This document shows, one piece after another, positions 39,482 through 50,500 of a stretch of DNA of 64,000 nucleotides. How positions within the stretch are numbered: the first letter of the stretch is position 1; every line of letters begins with the position of its first letter. A program made the translations under genes and the position numbers. The DNA is from Basidiobolus meristosporus CBS 931.73 (lineage: Eukaryota; Fungi; Basidiobolomycota), in NCBI GenBank assembly GCA_002104905.1, contig MCFE01000307.1, positions 34,076 to 98,075 on the forward strand. The letters are read 5' to 3'. Below the pieces are notes generated by a model that was not told the DNA's origin, did not search any database, and was given only the letters and a program-made list of their open reading frames with translations.

Positions 39482-39949
39482 ATAAAGCAAGGAGAGCACT
39501 ATTCTGAGCAACATAAGTAAGATTGAGTAAAATTACCAGTAACTGTATCATACCACTGGCATCATGGTAGAAATTATAGTGCCAGATAGTGCCGTAGAGT
39601 GCCAGATCAATCCAGCACCATAAACAGGCTGGCACTATGTGGCACTATCCAATGGAACAAGTCTATAGATCCTCAAAGCCCCCATTACTAATATTTGTGG
39701 AAATGCGCCACTTCTCTAGCCACAATATTACATCATTCACTAATAGATAGATTACTGGGCTCACTTGGCTTCATAAAGTATCCTTGGCATTTGGTTCAAC
39801 GTGTGTTGTCTCATTGCATATAGGGATTTGACTGGGCTCATATGTTGTACTGTTTTTAGGGGAGAGAGGCTCAAAATCTATCAGTAAACCTTTTTTTGTC
39901 AGAGATATAACTTTGTGCCATATTCAGAAGGCTGAGGTGAGCCTAAAGG

Positions 39950-40548
39950 TGTTGTAGTGGGGTGACAGTGACACCCACTGACAGATGTGCTCATTCCCAT
40001 ATTCTCTACTTCCCTATATCTCTACTACACTAATTTTGGTTTTATCCCATTTATCTTACCTGATCAGTACTATCCCATAAGCCGGTTGACTATCACACCT
40101 GCTTACCTGATTGCATAGGTTATCCCTCACTTTGTGTAAGATTACTAGCTGTAAGTGCTTCTATATTAGGCAAGTACCCATGCCAGTACCCGTTACACAT
40201 GATCAACCCATGTCACCATCCCTAACATTTTCATACCATATATAGAATCCCTATGTTACACAGGTTTCATAATACTGATTCCTGATTGGTTGAATGTGCT
40301 GTGCCTCTTAGAACCTTCCAACACCTACTTAGATTACTCTTAGCTCATTCTGATGTCATTAAGATTTCTATTGATCTCTAGAACCTTCTGGAACACCATG
40401 ATTAGTAATCACTTAGCCTGTGCAAAAAGTATATAAGGCAGGCTATCCCTCAACAATAAATCATCATCCCTTTTATCAATATACCAACTTGTTGATTAGT
40501 GTGATCACTGCTACCTGCTGCTACCTGAGATTCCAACCCCAGACCACA
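39950..40548 (+). mobile_element. Candidate LTR of an unrelated retroelement
   Basis: TGTTGTAGTGGGGT...ACCCCAGACCACA imperfect inverted termini, TATATAA and AATAAA inside, purine-rich tract upstream; no TSD, so boundaries are uncertain. Confidence 0.35.
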
Positions 40549-40844
40549 GGACACTCCCAGGTAAACATATTGACAGCCAACTGACCTTAGAGGCACTACT
40601 TGTGAGGAATACTCAGAGTAGGTATCTTTTATTATATTTGATTCTTTCCCAAGTTTGTTCTTGTACAGGCAAAGATACTTTTCTGTCTTTGTAACTATTG
40701 ACCACAGCTGCATTCTTATCAAGTCCCTGCTGGTGGAGTTTACAGTTGTTTTGACTATGGAAGCTTTAGTACATTGTCATCTCAAAGGACACTGAATCCA
40801 GCACATACTTCTGTTAAGATGCCAACTATGTTGGGGATTGTAGC

Positions 40845-41291
40845 TCAATAGTTTTCCCTTGACAAGCTTGTGGCTTTATTCCCCATCACATTAGAATAGA
40901 GACAGAACCCAAGTATTCCTAGCAAGCTTTTGCCAGATGTTATTACACCCAGTGAACACCCCACATACAAAATACTTGAGGAGTGTTGGACATATCTCCC
41001 CCTTGGACTTATACACCACTGCAGTGTCACAAACTCACCTGACTCAGTTTGCACAAGGTGACAAAGATGGTCAGGTGATGGTATAGAAGCATCAACTGGC
41101 CAGCAAGATAATGTTGGTACAGTAGTAACCAATGAATGATCAAATATGACTTGGGTGGCAAAACACTGGCTGTGATTGTTGTAATATTTCCTATGCTGTC
41201 TGCATGCTTCACAGCTGAGAGGCTTGCCATAATAGCCACATGGTCTCTTTTCTCTTCTTGTACGGCATTGAGTCAAAGTAGTCTTGTCCAT
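40845..41291 (-). pseudogene. N-terminal part of the CACTA transposase of X
   Basis: Homologous to 53093-53548 (+), which leads into Transposase_21 motifs in copy Z; C-x2-C...H-like motif near the N-terminus. Confidence 0.65.
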
Positions 41292-41513
41292 GGGGCAAAC
41301 AGTTTGACTTTCAACAACTTAATGCTATTTTATCACTTTTTGATCAATACTCATGTGATTTTAAGACAGTCTTGTACTTGAGACATTGCACCTACATGAA
41401 TGTAAGATTCAATGGTTACATGCTATGGTAAGCATCATAAATAAAATTGTGGCACCACATGCACACATTTATGTTACACTATTTCCCCTTTGGTTTGACT
41501 CACTTCCATATAC

Positions 41514-43374
41514 ATGCCGCCAAAAAATAAAGCAAAGTTGTCTAGTTCTCAACCAAGCCCCACCACTGATGGCAACAGAAGAACGGTTGGACAACAGCTT
41601 GCTTTGACATTCAGTGCAACAAGCAGGGCTACATCCAAAAAAGGCCCTGTGGACAGTGTGCCCATTGAAGGTCAGAATGCAAACTCCTCAGGCTCTCAGT
41701 TAAGTAGGCAATTGAGAACCTCTGAGGAGCCACAAGTTGACCATTATGCTCAGGCAGATGAGAATGTAGCAAACAGAGTACCCTCAGTTGAAGATTATCA
41801 AGTGCCCATGATAACATCACCACCACCCATATTTGCAAGTGTGTTGTCAGCTCAAACCAAAGCATTAATGAAGCAATTAGGTGCAGTGGCTGATAGGATA
41901 GATGCAATGGCCCAGAGAAATCAGGAAATAGTCCAGAAGCAGGATGAGTGGATAATATGTGTAGAGCAATCAATATCCCAGGTAGAGAAAGCAGAATATT
42001 TGCTGCAATGAAGGAACTCAAGTAGCTCAATGACGCAACCAAGAATTGAGCCATTTCCCAATGTAACAGCAGAAGAACACTATACAGTTTGAAGCACAAC
42101 CACAGTGCCCAAAGACAAAGCCCACAGAAAAACCTATCACAGCATGGGAGGGAGACATTGTGGTGTTTATACCAAAGCCCAAAGATCAAAAGACATTGAA
42201 GTTCTGTGATTCTGTTGAGTGCAATAATGAAGAGTGGGCTAATATACAAGAGGCCATTAGGAGTCTAGCACACCATCACCTTAAGGCTGGCATACCATGG
42301 GACCATCAGGAACTCAAGGCCAAGCAGAATGCACTTGACTTGATCCATGAGCATTATCCTGGATTCAAATGGGCAAACAGATTTTGGGCCAGCATTGGTA
42401 TGCTAAGAAAGTATCTTAAGAATAGCAGAAATTATCAAAGGCAGAAGAACAAGGGTGCCATGGCTAAAAACCAGCAGCTTCCTCAAGAGCCCATTACAAG
42501 CCGGGCCAAAAACTCCAGACAAGCCTCAAAGAGACGTCCGGTGGCTGGAAGAGTGCCAATCAGGGACAAGCAGGCAGACACAGATGCACCAGCACAACAT
42601 TTATCAAGGAAAAAGTGTAGGACCACTCAGGAAGCACCCAGTCAAAGTAGCAGTGAAGGACCTGGCAGTGATAAAAACCAGCTGCATTTACAGGAACCCA
42701 TTACAACTACGGTTGAAAGCTCAAAACAAGCGGAAAAGGAACATCAGATTGCCAGAAGAGTGCTAGCAAGGGACAAGCAGACCAAAACAGATGCGTCAGA
42801 GCAGAATTTATCCAGGAGAAAACGTAGTTCTTTACAAGAAGCACTCAGTTGAAGTGGCAGTCAAAGACCTGGCAGTGATAAAGGAAATGGTAAAGGGACA
42901 AATGTTTACCAACGCCTGAGACAGGAAGGCATGCAAAAGTAACTGCAGTTTTTGCCAAATAACACTGCAAGCCTGGAACAGACTGAATCCCATCATAGCC
43001 AAGAAGAATTACCAACAAGATAACAGTTGTTTACATCAGAGTTAGAAGTGCAACCAGTTGGGCTACACTCCAGCAAGGTAGATGAGTTTGCTGAAAAAGG
43101 CAATTTGTCTACCACAGCCTCCACAGCCTCCTTTGTTGACAGAGTGGAGATCCCACTGACAGACAAGGATACAATGTCAAGAGCTCAAAAGACTATTGCA
43201 ATGCCTTCAGTGGAGTTTTGGAACATTAATAGGCACTCCAAGAGGTTGCATCACTTCTTCAAGAGCAGTGCTCAAGAAAACCCACTGGAATGTTGCAAGG
43301 ATTTATTGCAAAGACTGACAGATGAGGGGCTAGACCTTGCAGTACTGGCTGAAGACCAGGACATGTGGGACTAG
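41514..43374 (+). pseudogene. Accessory protein gene of CACTA X (about 600 codons, interrupted)
   Basis: ORFs 41514-42011, 42160-42852 and 43027-43374; helical Trp-containing core IPWDHQE...YPGFKWANRFWASIGMLRKYLKNSR; homologue on - at about 52010-52870. Confidence 0.7.
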
Positions 43375-43911
43375 TGAATGAACAGTGGCATAAAGCCATT
43401 GGGTTCCTGCCAAAGTTGTGGAACCAGAGTGATACAGCAGAAATACTTACTGAGTAGTGGATTTTGATGGAGTTACTTGTTGAGTGTGGGGTGGGGCTTA
43501 ATGTTAGTGTAGGGTATAGAGACTTGTATAGGTCAATACAGTTGGCAATTGAGGTACAACTAAAGTTCAAATGGAAATTAATCAATTTGTAAGCATGAAA
43601 AGTAAGAGAAATGGTGGAGTCAGGAAGTAAGGAGTGTGAAAAAGAGGCAATAGCTAATCAATTCACACAAGCATAGGAGGCAATAGAGTGTCTGGGATCA
43701 GAAAGTGAGCAAATTGGTAGGGGACCAATCAAAAGCCACTTAGAAAATGTTGTGATGAGAAATTTTGACTAAGTTTTTTGTGAAATCTGGGGTGCAATTA
43801 TTTTTCAATGGTCTCTGGACAGTGTCCCAACAAGATCAGTACCTCCTAGTCAGGGGACTTTAACTTTGTGATGGCCTTTTGACAGGATCATCTTAATAAC
43901 TTCTCATAGGG

Positions 43912-45878
43912 AATCTGATGGTAGTCTCACTGGTATCTGGGCCTAAATCACCATCCAACCTGGATAGCTACCTTTATCCTTTGCTGGATGAATTTTGTAA
44001 GCTTTCCAGCAGGATAACAGAAAATAGCCACCATGTAAAAGTGCATATTGTTATCTGCATTGGAGATGCCCCAGCCATCAGCAAGATGGCAGGTTTTCCC
44101 AGGCACAATAGATGGTATTGCTGTCAAATATGTGAGATCTAGGGGATTTACTCCATAACTCATGCACATAATTATTACCCAAGCACCAGCACTAAGAACA
44201 TCATCTTTCCACAGGGAGAACATACAAAAGTCAGCATACAATTGCAGCAAAGTTGGCAAGCTATAAGCCATCAGCCATATTGTGGAATCAATTGGAAACC
44301 AGAGATACTTAAGATAGAGGGTATCTGTTTTAGCAAAAGCTTTCCACTAGGAGCAATGCATTTGCTTTTCAACAATATCCCTATAATGCTGTTCAAGTTG
44401 TAAATGGGGTATTTCATAATAAATCAGCCCTTTGAGATACAAGTGGTGTTCTGAAGCCATTCCCACCAAGAGTACATTGGAAGCATTGGGAGTCATATGT
44501 GGACATTGTAGGAGTATTTATCCAGAAGTAGATCACTAATGCCAACTTGATGCATCTACAGCTGTTATGTGAGGAGTTTGTGATGGGACTTGAGCGGCAA
44601 TACTACTAACATAAAGCTGAATGCAAAGATCTCTGCCACTACTGTATCCATTCTCTACTCCATTGTGCATGGTGTGTGGAGAATATTGGGCCTTGCATCA
44701 CCTTTTGGGAGTTTCCTATAGAGCAGATGTGTGGGGAGATAGGAAGACAAGTCAAGTTGCAGGTACTACTATATCATAATCTGATCAAGAATGTTACCTT
44801 CAGGTCCATCATGCATGTGATAAGTTTGCATATGGAGGACAGCCAGAAATAGTTGGAAAATACTGAGGACAAATGTACACATGGAGACACCTATGCCTAT
44901 GGCATTAAGAAGCTAAGCAGCCCCAATGAGTGGGTAATCAGTTAAGTAATGCAAAGCTGGGTTGGGTGCAACAAGCAACTAATTTTTATCAGGAAAGTTC
45001 TGCCAAGGTATGACAAATTTCTCATGGTCACAAGCCAGCCGCTACACAGTTCAATAAGGAGTTCACATAAGCAAAAGCCAGAGTGCACCTGTAAGGGGGA
45101 CTAGAATTCAGCAGGGAGAAGGAATGTATTGGCTAAATACTGAAAAGTTCTTGACATATATTCAGGAGTTATTGATGCAGAAGTGGCAACAACCAAGCAT
45201 ATGCTTGCAAGATGTATATGTTACCAGCAGTACAAGCTATGTGGCAACTTTGCAAGTATCACACTAGAAAGTAGTAAAGTTGAGGTGACAGAAGTATATC
45301 AGTTGCAGCAGGTGTGTGCATTTGTAGAGGCCAGTAAGCAGGAGGCCATAGTTTATTTTGATTCAAACTTTATGTGGAATACCCAAGGTAGTAGTGGGTA
45401 AGCAAATAAAGAGGGGTGATTCTGTAGTGGAATATATGAATAGCACAAGGGGAGGTAGAAAAAGGAAATACCATTTGGTAAGTTGGTACAGTAGCATTAT
45501 ATAGAACCAGAGGTAGGCTGTCATACTGCTAATATAATGCCATCAGAGTCTTGCTGTGAGGCCATCCAAATACCGTCAAGTTTCTCACCATATAAGGCAA
45601 TTAGAAGTCCTGGCCAACTGGATCCACTTAAAATAGTTATAGAGTGCTAAAAGACTGCGACAAAACCATGCAAATATTGTCACAGCATCAATAAAATATT
45701 GTTGAGTTTAATTGCTTTATTTGGTTGTAAAATTAGCAAAACACCGTCATGATCCCATCATAAGATTGTCAGGAGGGTCACTAATTCTAAGCTGCTAGTA
45801 TTATGATGGTTCTCAATGGGATCCTGATGGCTGATCAGGATCTGATCCACCCATGGGACCAAATTATTTTTCATAGTG
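43912..45878 (+). mobile_element. CACTA copy Y, 5'-truncated, with right TIR (reverse complement CACTATGAAAAATAATTTGGTCCC)
   Basis: SGPKSPSNLDSYLYPLLDEF...IGDAPAISKMAGF...CQICEI (Transposase_21); 44170-45878 is an inverted homologue of 35514-37186; ends ...TTTTTCATAGTG at 45878. Confidence 0.88.
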
Positions 45879-46355
45879 AACATGAAGCTGTATTGCCTAT
45901 AGACATATCTTTTGAGAATTGGCTTACCCTCCCATAAAACCAACCATGACAACATGGAGCTATTGCTAGCAAGAGTACAACAGATTCAACAAGCTTGTAC
46001 TCTGCAAAAGGATGCAACAGAAACACTGAAGAAATTTAGTATGGCTGGCAAGGAGTACTTTGACAGTCAAAAATGCCTTAGAAGAACTTCTTTTGAAGTA
46101 GGTCAATTGATACTACTTCAAAATTCTAAGAACCAAAGATACACGGCATCTAAGCCGGATATGCAATGGCAAGGTCCCTATAAGATCATATATGCAAACA
46201 TAAATGAATCTTTTAAGCTAGCAGAACTTTTATACCATTTACACTGCACAACATGGTAACAGATTGAAGAAGTTCCATGCTAGAAGTAAATATGAGGGCA
46301 TTATTTCCCAAAGTTAGGGGAGACTTGTGGTAATGGGATGTATTCCATTACTACA
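45879..46355 (+). mobile_element. Ty3/gypsy-type integrase C-terminus, PPT and LTR start
   Basis: HEAVLPID..., SFEVGQLILL, WQGPYKI (GPY/F motif), HGNRLKKFH; AGGGGAGACT is followed by TGTGGTAATGG at 46326. Confidence 0.7.
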
Positions 46356-47000
46356 TATCTCAAGACCAGAATTGCACTGATTTCTTTATTTTGCTTTTTG
46401 CTATTTTAACAAACAAGTTAAAGATCAATAATTTCCATCTTTGAAGGACAAATACTCCAGACACTGACAAGCAATCCACCCAAAAATTTTATGTCATGCA
46501 AAACACTCAGTAGCCAACACATGATCTAAGTTACAGCTCATTTGAAGCCGTACTAAGAGAGTTATGATCAAAAGAGTCCAATTATCATATATAATAGGCC
46601 TCTACCGCTAAAATTACTATGGTGACTTCAATTGCATGTAACTTTCAAACTAATCAATCAAAGCACATGATATTCTCACAGGTGCTGCACCTATGTCCAA
46701 TATGTGCTGCTGCAAAATATTAGCTTTGTATCACATGTATTGCTAGAGCAATTGCCCAAAACTTTGATCCTTCAGAATTTTCACATATATGCCTTCCCCA
46801 GCCGAAAAATAAAAGAGAGCCTCTCTTTCCAGAATCTGCACACTACAATTACAAGTCTAAAGGTTATAAGAATTCCCCTGCATCACTTGCACTGTTGAGT
46901 ATTGTGACTTTGATTGGTACTACATTGGTAAAAAGACTGCAAAGCTCACAAGAATCCAATCAAAGTAGACAGGAAAACTACCACTCTTCTGTTGGAAAAG

Positions 47001-47187
47001 TCCCCTCTAAGAAACCCCTTTACTCTAAAGAAGCCCCTTTACTCTAAAGACACCCCTTTAATGTAAAGTCCACTTTAGAGACCACTACAAGATGCCCCTT
47101 TACACTAAATTTACCCCTTTAGACACCCCTTTAGGTCTAAAGACCCCTTTAGAGACTTCCACACCACACACCTTTAGGGTAAAGGGG
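47001..47187. repeat. Array of CCCCTTTA-nnn-TAAAG palindromic units (period about 19 bp)
   Basis: Seven exact CCCCTTTA (about 47015, 47034, 47053, 47095, 47114, 47126, 47144) plus degenerate units and a final inverted TAAAGGGG. Confidence 0.85.
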
Positions 47188-47529
47188 AGTTTAGAATTTT
47201 CATATTAGAAAATGTGTTCTCAGAAAGGAAAGTGACTTCCAAATAAGGGAAAGCTACTATAAAAGTGAATAAGCCCAATAGTTGATAGAAGGTCAGAACA
47301 CTGCTGTAGAAGTGAGAAACACTGCCTATAGTGAATTTTGAGCCTAAGATTGGGGATATTAGTGAATGTTATGTCTTCTATTGCTATATCAAACTCCCAA
47401 TTAACTACTTCAGTATTAGCATACTGAAAGTTGTTGTATATGGTTGATTAGCCTCTGCATTGCAGAACAAGCCCTAAACTAATCATAATACAATACAACA
47501 GATCTCCACTCTGTCTTCAATGAAGGATG

Positions 47530-50500
47530 TGTTGTAACAATTTGTATTTCCACCTAAATATTCACCTAACTTAGCCACTTAGATCATTACCTTCAAATCC
47601 TAGAGAATACTGACCAAATTCCTTTTTGGGATTTACTTGGAATATTTGCACCAAAATACCAGGTACCCAGAACATGAAAATTCTCAAAGTTGTCCCAACA
47701 GCCCCAAACTTTGCACACATGTTCTTGGGACCTTCCTTAGCCTATTCAATGTGTTTATTACTCCAAGACCAGGTAAAAGTATAAATACTGCTTTTATATT
47801 CAATAAATCATTAAGTGAAAACCAAATAATCTAGTTGTTCTCCCAATCACTTCCAATATCTCCAAGACTCTTACAACAGGTAATGAGCCCCAAGCTGTCA
47901 CTCTCTGCACTGCCTACTACTGCTATTACTGGAATTTTTCCCTCTGCTGAAAAGTTGGATGGATCTAACTACCCAGTGCGGAAGGTAAAGATGAAGATGC
48001 TGCTACAATTAAGAGGCCTTTGGGATATTGTCATGGGAGAAGAATACCCTCCTAAAAACATGGGAGAGGAAGCCTTGAAGTACCAGAAGAAAGCACAAAG
48101 TGCTTTTAACTACATTTGCCTCAATGTTAAGCAAAATTGCTAATTCAATGCTCAAGAGCAAAAATGGCAAAGAATGCCTGGAAGGAATTAGAAGACACCT
48201 ACCAGTCATGTTCAGCTGCTAAGAAAATGTATCTGAGACAAAAATTCTTTACCACATAGATGCTGCCAGGAGAAGAAATGAAAAACCTAATTAACAGAAT
48301 TACCCTGCTGGTAGATGAGATGGAATCTGTAGGTGTACCAATTACTGATGAGTATGTGATAGTTACCATCCTGAATAGCCTGACAGACAAGCTTTAGGGC
48401 CTTGTATCCGCCCTAGGGTCCAGAACTGAAGATTTGACCTTAAGTTATGTATATGGAAGGCTCCTGGATGCAGAATTAAGAAAATCAAGTGCCAATAAGA
48501 AGGAAGAGGAAAATGCTTTAATCAGCAATGATAGCCAACAAAAGAGGTACCCAGACCCTACAAAGGCAACAGCAACCTATTTTGCAACTACTGCAAAAGG
48601 AATGGACACACATCAGACCGGTATCTCAAAAAGAGAGATTATCAGCAAAAGAAGCCTGAATATGGAAATGCTGCAACAACTGAAGATAGACTATTCATAT
48701 CTGCACTAAATATGACTACAAACAAGGATTCTCAGACATGGTATATTGACTCTGGTGCTTCTCAACACTTTACACACCAAAAAGAACTTTTTACCCAATA
48801 TCAAGAAATTCCAATTAAGAAGGTTTTCATGGGTGATGATAGAACACTTGATGCAGTGGGAGAAGGAACTATCTAAGTAAACCTTAGAAGCAGTGAAGGA
48901 AGCCATACACTGACCTTTAAAGAAGTACTCTATGTACTAAAAATAGCCAAGAACCTACTCTCTGTAAGCAAGACCACAGCAGAAGGACTCAGTTTCAGAT
49001 TTGACAATTCTGGATGCAGGATCACTGATCAAAATGGTGCCCATATTGCTTTGGGCATTAGAGATCAGAATCTATACAAGTTGACTTATATTCCATCATA
49101 TCTGGAAGCCAATATAAGTAACTTAAATGAAGAAACACCAATGTTTTGGCACAGGAGATTTGGACACATCAAATTTGATTATTTGCGTAAATGATCAAAG
49201 ATCAGCTAATCTCTGGAGTAAATATTGATCCCCTTGCTAATTTGGAGCACTGTGAAGCCTGCATATATGGGAAACAAGCCAGACAACTGTTCAAGAGCTC
49301 TGAGTTCATAAAACTAAGAAAAAGTTAGATCTAATTCCCTCAGATCTGTGTGGACCTATGCACAGTGTATCCTTAGGTGGGATGAAGTATTTAATCAATT
49401 TTATTGATGATTATACAAGATACACATGGGCCTACTTCATGGAGAGAAAGGAAGAAGCTCTGTCTAAGTTCAGGGAGTTTAAAGCCATGGTGGAGAGAGA
49501 AACTGGTGAAAAAATCAAGAAAATATGCTCTGACAATGGTGGAGAATATACCTCAAAACTCTTCATCCACTTCTACAATTCATGGGATAAAGCAAGAGAC
49601 TACTGTACCACACTCCCCATGGCAAAATGGAGTAGCAGAACGTGCTAACAGATTAATAATTGATATGGCAAGATCTATGATCCACAATCAAAAATTATCT
49701 TATGATTTTTGGGTGGAATCAGTTGCCACTGCTGTATACCTTAAAAATAGGAGTTATAACAGAGTACTTTGTGATTCTACTCCATTTGAAGCATGGTATG
49801 GATAGAGACCAAGGGCAGAACATCTAAGAATATTTGGGTGCACAGCATATGCCAAAAAACTGGCCGGAAATCAGTTAAAATTTGAGCCAAAAAGTGTAAA
49901 ATGCATATTTTTGGGCTACTGCAATGAGAGTACGGCATACAGACTCTACAATACCAAAGCAAAGAAGCTGATCCAGTCCAGGAATGTGCTGTTTCATGAA
50001 AATTCAAAATTTTCACGAAAAATGACATCAGATGATGACAAAACTTGATCTCAAGTCCACCAATTGTCAAGATTGATTCAGAGCAAAACAATGAAAATCT
50101 TTTCACTCCAGAGGACTCTATAACTGTGGTTCTGCCATAATCAGTGCCCAGGAATATTCCAGAAGTGATTATTCCAGTATCAAATGCCTGGAGATCCAAT
50201 TGGACAAGAAATAGCCCAAATTACTATTTCAATGAGGGTTCACACTTAGCCTATGCCTATTCAGTCCATATTGATGAACCCCAGACTGTAAAAGAAGCCC
50301 TAAATAGCCCTCAGACAAAGTTTTGGAGATCTATAATAACTGAGGAATATCAGGCTCTGATGGAAAATCAAACCTGGGACTTAGTCAAATTACCAATCAA
50401 CCAAAAATCAATTGGATGCAGATGGGTCTTCAAGACAAAATACAAGGCTGATGGTACAATTGAAAGATACAAAGCAAGACTTGTAGCCAAAGGATACTCT

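Larger units (their letters stand above)
37187..39664 (+). mobile_element. PIF/Harbinger-superfamily element, copy 1 (right TIR present, left end missing)
   Basis: Right end ...ATGTGGCACTATCCAATGGAACAAGTCT ends at 39664, with AGTGCC/GGCACT subterminal repeats; colinear with 57.6-60.1 kb. Confidence 0.85.
35514..43911 (-). mobile_element. CACTA/EnSpm-type DNA transposon X with both termini (CCCTATGAGAA); carries nested insertions
   Basis: 11-bp TIR CCCTATGAGAA at 35514 and its reverse complement at 43901-43911; subterminal TTTTGACAGGATCA near both ends; transposase remnants on -, accessory ORF on +. Confidence 0.82.

Noticed and set aside
45879-46355. Ginger-type DNA transposon
   Set aside because: A PPT directly precedes the TGT start, which fits an LTR element, and no matching TIR was found; not fully excluded
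46704-46898. Leucine-rich-repeat-like gene fragments here and at 7226-7411
   Set aside because: Too short and interrupted to support a call without a profile search
47001-47187. CRISPR array or telomeric repeat
   Set aside because: No unique 25-45 nt spacers and no cas genes in a eukaryotic context; irregular period, and not a perfect short tandem telomere unit
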